Below, in pieces: positions 41,401 to 53,569 of a DNA stretch of 64,000 bases. The translations under genes and the position numbers were made by a program. The notes under the pieces were generated by a model. That model ran no database searches. It was not told the DNA's origin and saw only the letters and a list, made by a program, of their open reading frames with translations. How positions within the stretch are numbered: position 1 is the stretch's first letter; each line of letters starts with the position of its first letter. The DNA lies in NCBI GenBank assembly GCA_951406725.2, contig OX597816.1:64728001-64792000 (forward strand). Direction: 5' to 3'. Origin of the DNA: Octopus vulgaris. Its lineage: Eukaryota.

Positions 41401-42141
41401 GCAACATCTATTATCTGTCTAAATTGATAGAAGAAACAACAGGAAAGGATTCCAAATACGTCTATATGACAGAATTGCAACTTAGGAATCTAAAAAATGA
41501 TTTCAAGCTCCTTAAAATAAAGCGAATTTTCGTTAGCTAAGTTTTTTTGAAGAGAATAAGAGAAAAATGATAGATCTGTGATACATCTGTGATACCTCTG
41601 TGATACATCTGGCCATTGTTGTTAAAGATCTTCCAGGGGTATTCGGATGTTTCGAGTCTTTCGAAAGTCGGACCCTCAACCAGGTGAACCAGCTACGGTT
41701 GACCATCTCAGATACCGCCACTCTCTCTCGCCCTCTCGCGCTCACCTGCATACCCTCAGCCATCTTGAAGCAACATCTGATGCGCCAACAGCTAATTTTA
41801 TGGCATTCCTTCTACGTGCTACTATGATGGCCAAACTATTTTAGATTCCAGAAAAGGATTGGCATACTAGCAATCTCCACCCCATCAGACCCTTCTTTAT
41901 CATAACTCCCCAGCATCAACTTATTTCGCTTCCTTCTGTTGATTTATAGTAGTAGTCGCTACAGTGAAAGGTACTAAACCTGACCTTTTTGATGGCCCAC
42001 ATGACTGCTACACCACGTGTACATTGATCGTATCAAACCAGTGGAACTAAATTTTATTCCCTTCATAATATGTTTTTAGTTAAATTCTCGAAGCTTTATA
42101 TACACATAGCTTTATGTCTGTATATATATATATATAAGATT

Positions 42142-42204
<63 letters not shown>

Positions 42205-42287
42205 GGTCCCGGGTTGATTCGGGGTTAACCACAGTAAGTAAGGTACTCAATACATAGCAGAGTAAAATTAATTTATTATATAGAAGG

Positions 42288-42338
42288 AGCTTCTACAGGA
42301 CTAGTACTGTTTCATTCAAGAGAAATCTTCAGGAAGCT
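42288..42338 (-). ncRNA. Type I hammerhead ribozyme
   Basis: agcuuc CUGAAGA uuuc-ucuu-gaau GAAACAG uacuaguc CUGUA gaagcu: 6-bp stem I, intact core, short stem II (U-U at its base), 4-bp stem III and a GUA cleavage triplet. Confidence 0.8.
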
Positions 42339-42384
42339 TCCTGAAGATTTCTCTTGAATGAAACAGTACTAGTCCTGTAGAACT
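42335..42384 (+). ncRNA. Type I hammerhead ribozyme (mirror copy; 1-nt deletion weakens stem I)
   Basis: CTGAAGA at 42341-42347, GAAA at 42360-42363, predicted cleavage after A42379. Confidence 0.7.
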
Positions 42385-42395
42385 CCTTCTATATA

Positions 42396-42436
<41 letters not shown>

Positions 42437-42465
42437 GATACATATACATCCACAGTCACACATAT

Positions 42466-42496
<31 letters not shown>

Positions 42497-43061
42497 CATA
42501 ATATAAATATATATATATATATATATATACATAATATAAATATATATATATATATATATATATGGCCATATATAATACATGTATGCGCGTGTGTGGTGTG
42601 TCTATCTGTGTATGCACATATATTGAACAATAAACACTGTAATTCCACAAAACGGGAGTTAATATTTATGTACATGCTCTGCTGTCCATATATAATGCAT
42701 TGTGCGCATATAAATATAGCTGAATGAAAAGAGACTTCAAGTCTGAATGATTCTCTATAACGTGAAGAAACACTATAAAGCGACCATAATTATGCATATA
42801 TTGACAACTAGAGATATGGATGATGTGTTTCTTTGAGTCCATCTCTTATGCACCTCTGCGCAAATGATAATTGTAAAATGCACAATTGCTGACAAAAGAT
42901 GTAGTCCTACACTTTACGTTAACTATGTTGGCAGTTATCCAGATATTGCCGTTGAAGTTTAGCAACAGATATAATCTTTCTTTTGTCTTTTTTTTGTGCT
43001 TATTTTTGTTCTTGTTTTATATCCTATATGTCCTTTTTCCGAATATTTCTTCATACGATTA

Positions 43062-43580
43062 CCATAAATCCTCGAGTATAGTCCGCCCTTGTGTATAATA
43101 CGCAGAGAATTTTTAGAGAGTTGTACCTCTGAAAAACCTAAACCTTGTGTATAATACGCACCCTTTCTCTAACTTGAGTCGTGCATAATTAAGCCAGCAG
43201 CACCTAGTCGAACAAACACTTCCGCGCATGCGTAATACAATAATGGTGATATTCTTAACTGTTATATGGGAATGTAAATGTTTGCAAATTGTGTTAGTTA
43301 CATGTTATTCTGTGTTCTGAATACTTTCATTTTAATAAATGTTGCTTAATACAAGTTATTGATTATTCTTTTATGACTTCATTGCTTTCAGGATTAGCTT
43401 AATGTATTTTCGCGCCCGACATCACAAAGTGCGTCGGAATAAACATTGCCGGACAGCAAATAGAGACTCGGGCATTGCTTAGAAATTATTTTTCATTTTT
43501 AATCTCGTATATAGTACGCACTAATGGTTTTGACCTTTAAATTTTGGGGAAAAATGCGGATTTTACTCGAGGATTTACGG
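43062..43580. mobile_element. Pogo/Tigger-like MITE
   Basis: ta|CCATAAATCCTCGAGTATAGTCCGC ... GCGGATTTTACTCGAGGATTTACGG|ta: 22/25 TIR identity with a TA TSD. Confidence 0.85.
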
Positions 43581-44149
43581 TATATGATGCATGAGGAATT
43601 ATTCGTCCTACTCTTTCTAATTCGTTTCATCCACCTGCATGGATAAGATCTTGGGCAAAGCTACATAGGATATCTACCGTGGATGAATATTTACTGCCAC
43701 TGATTTAACTAAATGTTCTTTAATACTGCATCGAAGAAAACTGGGACAGTTATCCAGCAGAAACACATGTCGGATTGGAATCTAATGATTATAAAAATAT
43801 CAGAGATAATTTCAATAAATCAAGAATTTGCGTTGTATGGTATTTGGTACAACCTTAGAATTTGTTGTAGAAAGACAGACCACTATCTGCTCTGAGTTAG
43901 TTCTCTTGGCTCATTTAATTTTTTTATATGTACATAAGTGTGTGCGTCTGTGTGTTAGGGTCTGTACATACGAAAGGAAGCGAGATTGAAGGAATTGTCT
44001 AGAATTCATATATGTTGTTCAATATTTGGTGACTCAAGCGGCTAATGCTAATACCTAACGGTTAATAGTCAGGGATGAGTGTGTCGAATTTATCAGATGT
44101 CCGCCATGATTGACTACATATGAAGACAGACAGACAGACAGATAGATAA

Positions 44150-44259
<110 letters not shown>

Positions 44260-44695
44260 TTGTGCTGATGTTACCAACAGCCAAAGCAGCAACAATAGCT
44301 TCCTATCCTATGAGTCAAACCATAACGATATAACTAACAGAATAACATCCTTCGTCCCAGATTATTTCACATCATGAAAACATTAGTCTGTGCTTAATCT
44401 TAAAATTACACCCACAATCTAACGCTCATTATATAAGATTTTATGTTATTCTGTCCTCCATATCGAAAGCCTATACTCCTAACCTTTTATGCTTACGGCA
44501 TCATCTCTGATGTGCTCACCAAAAGATTTCACCATCTCAGATCTGTGACAAATACAACCGATATTTTTTCTGCCCCGATGATTCTTTTCCTTTTTACACC
44601 TCTGAAGTTTCTTCCCCAGTTTTCTCTAACTATTCACCAACTGCATCATTTTTCTCTTCACCTTTACTACTTCTGAATCGCTATCTCTCTCTCTC

Positions 44696-44741
<46 letters not shown>

Positions 44742-44807
44742 CCCAACCAATATTGGCGGTGTATAGGTGGATATAGACGACAGGAAAGGATAAGTCGCAG
44801 CTATGTT

Positions 44808-45224
44808 CTTATTTCTTTATTGCCCACAAGGGGCTAAACACAGAGGGGACAAATAAGGACAGACACGCGGATTAAGTCGATTATATCGACCCCAGTGCGT
44901 AACTGGTACTTAATTTTTCGACCTCGAAAGGATGAAAGGCAAAGTCGACCTCGGCGGAATTTGAACTCAGAACGGAACAGCAGACGAAATACCTATTTCT
45001 TTATTACCCACAAGGGGCTAAATATAGAGGGGACAAACAAGAACAGATATGGGTATTAAGTCGATTATATGAACCCCAGTGCGTAACTGGTACTTATTTA
45101 ATCGACCCCGAAAGGATGAACGGCAAAGTCGACCTCGGCGGAATTTGAACTCAGAACGTAACGGCAGACGAAATACCGCAAAGCATTTCGCCCGGCGTGC
45201 TAACGTTTCTACCAGCTCGCCGCC
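44808..45224 (-). mobile_element. SINE family A dimer with a single TSD
   Basis: 184-bp period; CGCAGCTATGTTCTT at 44796-44810 and 45237-45251. Confidence 0.9.
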
Positions 45225-45299
45225 TTTATTTTCTGGCGCAGCTATGTTCTTGTGTATGTCTTCCATCAGGTGTGGTTTAACCATCAGCACATTTGAAAT

Positions 45300-45740
45300 T
45301 TCGTCAGTATAACGCCATCGTTCTGCCTACTGGAATATATACCGGAGAACGTAGTAAGGGCAGTTAGAAAACTAAATAATCTCCATCAAAGGTGACTTAG
45401 AAAAATCCTGCTTGTTATCTTTTAGGATTGTATTACAGTGAGATCATGACCACTACAAGAGACCATAACAGAGCCCTGATATGGCAATGTTGACCACATT
45501 GCTCGTTTAACCTATCAACAGCTCGGAAAATCAACCATCACTTGGGTACCGCTTGTCAACAGGTGGAACAGGGGCAGACCAAGGATCATTTCGTGACAAA
45601 CATATCAAGATGACCTGAAAGCAGCCAACATTATGTGGGATGGATGTGCAATAGTAGCAGCCGCCGAACCCGGTGATGGAAGCTTACTGCCCAATATGCT
45701 GAGCAGTCCAGAAGGATCTACATCAAACAGCTAAGCCTCC
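45300..45740 (+). mobile_element. RTE-like LINE C-terminus and 3' end, decayed
   Basis: HIARL...WVP...NRGRPR...YQDDLKAANIMWD. Confidence 0.7.
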
Positions 45741-46710
45741 AAAACCACTCGTTTGTTCAGTATTCGCAGTCATGAGTCAGTTTCCTCAATCAAACCTACA
45801 AGCATACACCAGGCGTACTCAATGAATCGACTGTACCAGTTTACTGACCATTACTAATATGGATCAATTCGAATGCTGAACAGTAACAGTAACTTATGTG
45901 TTTTGTTTATTTGGTATGTGGTTGATATACGCATCCTTTCCTCTACCGTGACTACACGGGACTCAGCAATGAACAGACAAGCGATACTATATCATTCCTT
46001 GTATTCCATTTTCATCTCAATATCACAGTGACGGATAATATCAATACAAGTTTTTGAAAGAAAGCCACCTGAAGAGATTTATTCTTCTGATGCACATATA
46101 CCCCTCCCCTATTTGTTGTAAGATCTAGTATATGCAAAAGGGAGAGTCCAGTATTAAGCACAGATGCAGTGAAACTGATAATAGTGCTGACCATAGCACA
46201 GCGCTCCAAATGGTACTGGATATAAGATACCTGTAACCAACCATCGCCAGATCAAGCGCGGGAGGTGGAAGAACTTCCAAGACTCGCCTTCCGATATTAC
46301 CACACTTTAACACCCACACAACCAGTTATTCTTAGGAAGGACTTGACAAAGTCTGGTCCAATGAGGATCGCCTTTACTTAAAGCACCTATCGAGAGAATT
46401 ACTTCGCAACGAAAAGCATCTATGTACACCGTTCAGCTGACCCGTTTGCTACATTGGTATCATATTCATTGCGCTAAATGGGTCAACTGTTACATACGTA
46501 GCACCATTCGGTTCTTGCTTATTTTCACCAAAGAATAATGTTATGCAAGCGCATCACCTTCAAAAAATGATACTCTAAAAATGCAGGAACTTCAACAAGA
46601 ATATCGCATATCACAGTGACCATTACAACCAGAAATCGTTAGATCAGTAAACTACAGTTTGAAAAAAAAAAAAACAGGGCCATGAAAAGAACATAAGCTA
46701 AATATTAGCA

Positions 46711-47010
46711 GTGGAGGGGCAATGGCCCAATGGTTAGGGCAGTGGACTCGCGGTCGGAGGATCGCGGTTTCGATTTCCAGACCGGGCGTTGGTTGTGTTT
46801 ATTGAGCGAAAACACCTAATGCTCCTCGAGGCTCCGGCAGGGGTGGGTGGAGACCCATGTTGTACACTTTCGCTCCAACTTTCTCTGGCTCTTTCTTCCT
46901 CTGTCTTGAGTAACGCTGCAATGGACTGTCGTCCCGTTCAGCTAGAGGGGGGCACATACGCCAGAGAAACCGGGAAACCAGGCCCATGAGCAGCTTAAAA
47001 ATGGCGCATA
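46711..47010 (+). mobile_element. SINE family C
   Basis: Head GTGGAGGGGCAATGGCCCAATGG; flanked by TAAATAT(T/C)AGC. Confidence 0.85.
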
Positions 47011-48671
47011 AATAAATAATAAATATCAGCCACCATGTAAAATTTAATAAGTGACAATCGCCATTTTAAGTAAACACACTTTATAGGCCAAAGGAATATA
47101 ATAGCCCCAGGAACACAATAACTACACCGCATCCTACACTTTTACAGAAGTGGTTTTTCAAGTGTCACATACAATAATTCGACAGGTCAGTCTAATCGGT
47201 ATAGTTGTTTTCTTCATTTTCTCCCGCGCTTTTTATGTTTCTCCTAATCTCTTGTTCTGTTAATGCCTTGATAAAGAGGTTTTTAACCCGAAATATCCGT
47301 CTAATTAAATATTTCTCAGTTTACGTTTTAATACCTTTGTTTTATATTTTATTTTTGCTGTTGTTGTTGTTGTTGTTACGTCTTCTGTCACATATTTTTA
47401 CTGTTCTGCAATGCTTCAGGCAAACTACGACATTATACTTTCTTTCTCAGCCTCTCTTTATTTGTCTCTCTCTTTCCCCCCCCCTCTCTCTCTCTCTCTC
47501 TCTGCACAGCACATACACACACGCATATATATATATATACTCATGTATATATTACAACTGTATATGTGTCTGCGTGTCTGTGTGTCTGCGTGCTGATGTG
47601 TGTATATATGTATGTACATAGACAAAATACACACACACAAAATCACACACACACACACATACACACACACACACACACATATATATATATGCATATACTT
47701 GTATGTAGTATAACCAGAGGATTCTTTGTGCGTGCTTCTGTTTGTTTATGTGTATGCGTGTTTTCGGGCGAGTGTGAATGTATGTATGTTGTCTATGGTG
47801 TGTGTGTGTGCGTGTGTGTGTTTGTGTTTGCGTGTGTGTGAAGGAATAGAGAGTTAGGGAGAGAGAATTAAATATTTTTAGAAGTAATATTGAAATGATT
47901 TATGTTAGTGAAAATTGCTTTTGTCTTGGTCTTTCCTTTTTTTCTCTTCCTTCTCTTCTAAACCATGGTCTTCGTTAAAGTAAAAGCAAATATGTCGAAT
48001 TTTTCGAGGAATTACTATCGGAAAATATAATAAAGTATTATATTTATATTTTAAGTGACTATTTGTGTCAAATCGTCAAATTGACTCTCAGACGTGTTCG
48101 AGCTGACTTAAAATAATTGAGCAATTTATTTATGGATATGTATCAACTATACAATCCACAAAGCAGATATATTCAAAAATCCATAAATCTATTACATCTT
48201 GGAAAATATCCAATATTCTATAGCTGCATTCCTCAAAATAGCAGCTGATTTATGTTGTAGTAAGCTAATATTTCTATCAATGAAGGATCTATTCAAGCTG
48301 AATTGGATATATCTATTATGAACTATAAATATATCACAAAATGTAAGCTGACGTTGACTTTTTACTTATATGCTATCTAATGTCACTTTATATGGATATT
48401 TTTAAGTATTGGTTTGATATTGTGAAAGTACTGTTCTCTTTTCTACTCTATTCCCAGAGTTAATCTCCAATGTCACTTTTCTCAATTTCGAATAATAAAT
48501 AGAAATCTGAATTATTTATTCACTGGCAAAACGTGATGATGTTACGGATTTCTATTTTCGTTTTTCCTATTAATGTCTTCGAATATCAAGCTAACTTAGC
48601 AAGGCACTACTTGCATTAAAACATAACATTTCCAGAACTTTCAAGACATACAGACGCCTATCTGTTCTTCA

Positions 48672-49020
<349 letters not shown>

Positions 49021-49498
49021 AAAGATATATATATATATATCTTTCTCTCTCTAACACTTACCCTAAATAGCCTCGCCTCAGCTTAAACTTACTAAACAAA
49101 GTAAAACTATAATGCTGTGCCAAAATTTGTTGGCTATATTATTTCTTAATTCAAACAAAATCTTGCTACATACTTTGCTATAAAATATATTAAAATGGCG
49201 TTATCCTACCGGATAAATTCTGAGATCTGGATTTTATTAAATATACCATTTGATGCATTGCAAAATAAATGGAAATTTTCCAATATTTCTGGAATCAAAT
49301 GAGATGATATTATATATATATTAGTTAAATATGGTTTCCTTTGACGAAAGAGAAATAACTGGTGATATCTTTGCTATTTAGGAAAGTAATATGCTGAGGA
49401 GGACTAATAACATAGAAACAAGTGTTGAATTGTGATGTACATAAAATTACAAGCTACATACGTGTATGAAAAACACATATTCTACATACATGCCGACA

Positions 49499-49537
<39 letters not shown>

Positions 49538-49575
49538 TTATATATATATATATATATATACACATATATATATAT

Positions 49576-49982
49576 TGGACTGCTCGCTTAGCCAGCGGGA
49601 TGGCGTCATTTGAAGGGTAAAACAATGCGAAGCGTATTGTGACCAGCGATGTGTAGCAGCATCTGATAGCCTGGTGTGGAGGATTTCCACTTCGGCATCC
49701 GAAACTCGGAGTTTTATCTTGGCTATTGAATAATTGTCACATATTATTTTACAGATAAATTTCCTCTATTTACATAATATTGAGGTATCCTTCTTTCTTT
49801 TGTTATCTTACCGTTTTTACCAATATATATATATATACATATACAAAATTTAGAGGATATATATAAGGCCTGCTCGCATAGCCAGCGGGGTGGCGTCATT
49901 TGAATGCTAAAACAATGTGAAGCGTATTGTGACCAGTCATGTGTAGCAGCATCTGATAGCCTGGTCGATCACGGTGATCACG

Positions 49983-49987
<5 letters not shown>
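49576..49987 (+). mobile_element. Two copies of a short LINE/SINE 3' tail (49576-49675, 49867-49987); the first is followed by a PLE-terminus-like fragment (49675-49823)
   Basis: CTGCTCGC.TAGCCAGCGGG.TGGCGTCATTTGAA...CATCTGATAGCCTGGT is duplicated; the second copy ends in (GATCACGGT)2 plus (TA)n. Confidence 0.65.
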
Positions 49988-50045
<58 letters not shown>

Positions 50046-50244
50046 ATATATATATAACCTTAGACGTTCTTTTAATACAAACTGGGTACAAATCCAGTTA
50101 AGTTGTTCTAATTTATTTCTTAATCCTATGATTTAGATAACTTATAGCTTAAACATTTTTTGTTAATTTAATAAATTTTTTATACAATTTTTATAAAATT
50201 ATTTTTATATATATCGTTAAAATGTTTATATATATATATAAATG

Positions 50245-50817
50245 CCAAAAACTCTAGGCCTACCTCTCTGACTTCACACACAAGCAAAGTCATGGAACGG
50301 ATAGTCAGAGGGGAAACTAATAGCATTCCTTGAAGAAAACTACTTAATTAGTGACACCCAACATGGCTTTCGGCTGCCTAACCTACCTCTTGTAGCACTA
50401 TCACTGGGTATTGGAGCAGTTACTCGACAACTCAAATGACTTTGCCAAAGCTTTTGATAAAGTGGATCATGGTATGGTATGCCAGAAACTGCGTGATATC
50501 CGTATAGTTGGAAAACTTGGGGTGGTTGTATGACTTTCTGAAAGATAGTCATGCATTAGTGGCAAATGGAGCCACCTCAACGAAAATACAAATGGTGAGT
50601 GGTGTTCCACAAGGCACTGTCTTGGGATCACTGCTTTTCATAGTGGCCCTCTCAGATATGCCCTCAGCTGCCCGGATAGCCGCCCATGCTAGCTACTCAG
50701 ACGATACGAAAGTCACGCAGTAAATACAGAACCCCCGATGTTGCACACCTGCAGCAGGAGATGGACTCAATTTACAGATGGGCTGGGGATAATAATATGC
50801 AGTTTAATGCTGAAAAA
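50245..50817 (+). pseudogene. CR1/L2/Jockey-group LINE RT fragment
   Basis: NSRPTSLTSHTSKVMERIV, QHGF, DFAKAFDKVDH, SGVPQGTVLGSLLF and YSDDTK. Confidence 0.88.
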
Positions 50818-51083
50818 TGACCCAGTGATTAGGGCAGCGGAGTCGCGGTTTCGATTCCCGGACCGGGCGTTGTGTATGTTTATTGAGCGAAAACACCTCG
50901 GAGCTCCACGAGGCTCCGGCAAGGGCTTGTGGCGACCCATGTTGTACTCTTTCGCCACAACTTTCTCTCTCACTCTCTCTTCCTGTTTCCTGAGTAACGC
51001 CGTGATGGTCCAGCTGGGGGGAACACATACGCTTAAAAACCGGGAAACCGGGCCCATGAGCCTGGCTAGGCTTAAAAGGGCGA
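50818..51083 (+). mobile_element. SINE family C truncating the LINE fragment
   Basis: Family C head and tail. Confidence 0.85.
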
Positions 51084-51093
51084 CGATTATCGT

Positions 51094-51540
51094 TTATATA
51101 TATATAATTCAGTCTCTCTGTGTGTCTTCCACGCACGGCCAAAATGCTGGATCACTCTGTACCAAACATGGCGTGAAAGTTTTTCATTACTCGGGGAAGG
51201 TTCGAGGTGGGGTCACATTTTGGCTGTAGCCCATATAAGGAGCTGTCCCCTCCAATACGACCGTTCCAATTTATCGTTTCAGCAGATTCGTATTTTTTCG
51301 GTGACGGAAATTCCGAATATGCAAAAACAAAACACGTTTTCAAAGTTTTAAATCTCCCCTTCCCCAAAATTTTTCAAATTTATTTTCAATCTACGTTGAA
51401 AAATACGGAGAATGTGAATATGAAAAAAAATTATTTCATTTGAGCAACTCAAAAATTGATCGATACACCCCTCGGCATTCCATCCCGCTGTCTAAAACTG
51501 AAAATGCTAACAATAGAAGCTAAATGTCTGGAAAATTTCT
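51094..51540 (+). mobile_element. Possible Helitron-like 5' fragment
   Basis: Opens TATATATATAATT..TCTGTGTGTC..CACGCACGGCCAAA..ACCAAA, similar in organisation to the other Helitron 5' ends. No CTAG end seen. Confidence 0.35.
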
Positions 51541-52494
51541 TTTTGTGTGTGCTCGCGCGCAACAATCTCTACAGTTTATGTGAATGAACAGAGAAAGTAA
51601 ACAGAAATATGTTTTATATACTTGTCGTATAGGTCGATTTTGTTTTTTTCGCTTTAGAGGTAAACGATACTTGTAGAAGCAAACACGATATTGAATAATT
51701 CTCCGTAATGCTTCTTTGACTCCGCCTCATTTTTTAAAGTAAAGATAAACGCTTCGAAATTGTGATAATGAAACAAGGGACTTTAGTCTTTACGGTGAAA
51801 ATTAATTTGTCTTGCAAAAGAGAGGGTCGCATTTTCTCTCTTTTTCAATATTTAATTAGAAAATAGAATATGTTCTTACCAAAAACGTTAAAGCTTTACT
51901 AACTTGATCCACCTATCACTGAACCAGGATGTTAATTTCATTCGACATACACTTTGCTATCATATACAAGGAGAATTGAAAACGTGGCACATAATAAATA
52001 TAACTTATTTTGATGTAATTATTATGAGTACATTTCTGTAAATATTTTACATGCGCAGTAACCTACACACACACACACCTGCACAATTTCGCACGCGGAT
52101 ACACATGGACGATACACATGTGGGCAATAAAGAAATAAGAAACCTTATTGTTTCTTTGTCTTCTGAAAATTACACAAGTGGTGTGTGACCTCAAATTTTT
52201 AGTTTTAGTATGTAGTAATTCTAGTTCTTCGTGGAAGCCTCCTGCAACCAAACGGGTTGCAGGGGCTTAATGCCGGCCCTGCTGTAAACACATTTATAGT
52301 TTAGGGTTACAGATAGGGTTAATATTTAGAGAGTATGGTGTTAATATAAATATTTACCAATTACGTTTATCAGCAACCAAGATTTTTGTGAAGCTGCTGG
52401 TATGAATGCACGCGCGACAGAACCGTACTCAGAAATTTTGTTTCAGAAAAGTACTTATTGCATATACTGCTGTCATTTTATTGGATCAATCCCA

Positions 52495-52790
52495 ACAAGA
52501 CACGACTTCATTGAAACAGTCCTTCCCGCAAGGCAAATTAAATAAAATTTGGGATCCCAAATTTTATTTAATTTACTTTGCGGGAAGGAGTGTTTCATCG
52601 AAGTCGTGTCTTGTCCTTGCCCTCGAACACTGAGTAGTTGGAACAGGGACAACTGAAGAAAGAGAATATTCTTTATGTTGTACATCTCGTTTCTCTCGGT
52701 TTTTTTCGTTCGAAAAAATTCGTTTCTATGTTTCTGTTTTTATGTTTTTGTTTCTCATTGTGTTCAATGCTTCTTTGATGTTCTGTATAT
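52495..52790 (+). mobile_element. Fold-back insert: 60-bp inverted arms centred on GGGATCCC plus a T-rich tail ending at a TA-rich tract
   Basis: 52495-52554 is the reverse complement of 52555-52614 with about four mismatches. Confidence 0.7.
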
Positions 52791-52833
52791 ATGCATGCAT
52801 ATATACATATACATATAGGTACGTACATATATG

Positions 52834-52879
<46 letters not shown>

Positions 52880-52881
<2 letters not shown>

Positions 52882-53420
52882 ATAACGAACCATGTAATTC
52901 ATACTCTGGAAAATTTATTTCTGTAAAATGTTGAGTGTTTTTCACACCCCAAAACGGGTTTTGTAGCATATTAGGAGATCACAGAAATTACGAAAAAACA
53001 TTTTCAATGAATCCGGATGTAGTAGGGTACCCCTTGCCCCACCCCTTTTGTACGAGCCAAAATAAGGGATTTGCAGCATATTAGGACAGGGTGCTTGATT
53101 CCACGCAAAAAATCTGATTTTTTGTTTAGTAAAAATCGTGCGGGTTTTAGTATAATACTTATCGCCATAGCAAGACAGGGGACGTAACTCATGTTAGCAA
53201 ACTTACGGTCTTCACCGACGTGGAAATTGGTAAAAGTTATGGTTGAAAATTGATTTTTATCGCTATCCGCAGGTGTTTCGGGGAAAATAAGTTGACAAAA
53301 AAAACAGCCATGGTCGTGACCAATGTCCTCCTAAAATTGTTGCGACACGCGTGCTAATTTGTGTACGTGCATAAGATACATTTACGTACATACACACATC
53401 CTGCATTTTATAGATATAGA
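52880..53420 (-). mobile_element. Helitron-like element (family of 55195)
   Basis: The minus strand starts a|TCTATATCTATAAAA and shares CACAAATTAGCACGC.TGTCGC..AATTTTAGGAGGACATT with 55290-55335. Confidence 0.7.
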
Positions 53421-53496
53421 TTTCGTAGCAATCTCCTGCTCTTGTCTTGTATATGCATACCCGTCGAAGAGTGATGTGATGTAGCGGTCACGTGTT

Positions 53497-53569
<73 letters not shown>

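Larger units (their letters stand above)
42202..42401 (-). mobile_element. Fold-back PLE-terminus-like insert in (TA)n carrying hammerhead ribozymes
   Basis: Inverted repeat 42271-42401 centred on GGAAGCTTCC. The minus strand continues hammerhead - TATATAATAAA - ~70-nt tail - (TA)n. Confidence 0.8.

Noticed and set aside
41640-41730. Gypsy integrase C-terminal-like peptide FRVFRK...ATVDHLR
   Set aside because: It is too short and weak, with no LTR or other domains nearby.
47265-47305. Hammerhead-like ATAAAGAGG-TTTTTAACC-CGAAATATCCGTC
   Set aside because: The core and stem I are too degenerate to support.
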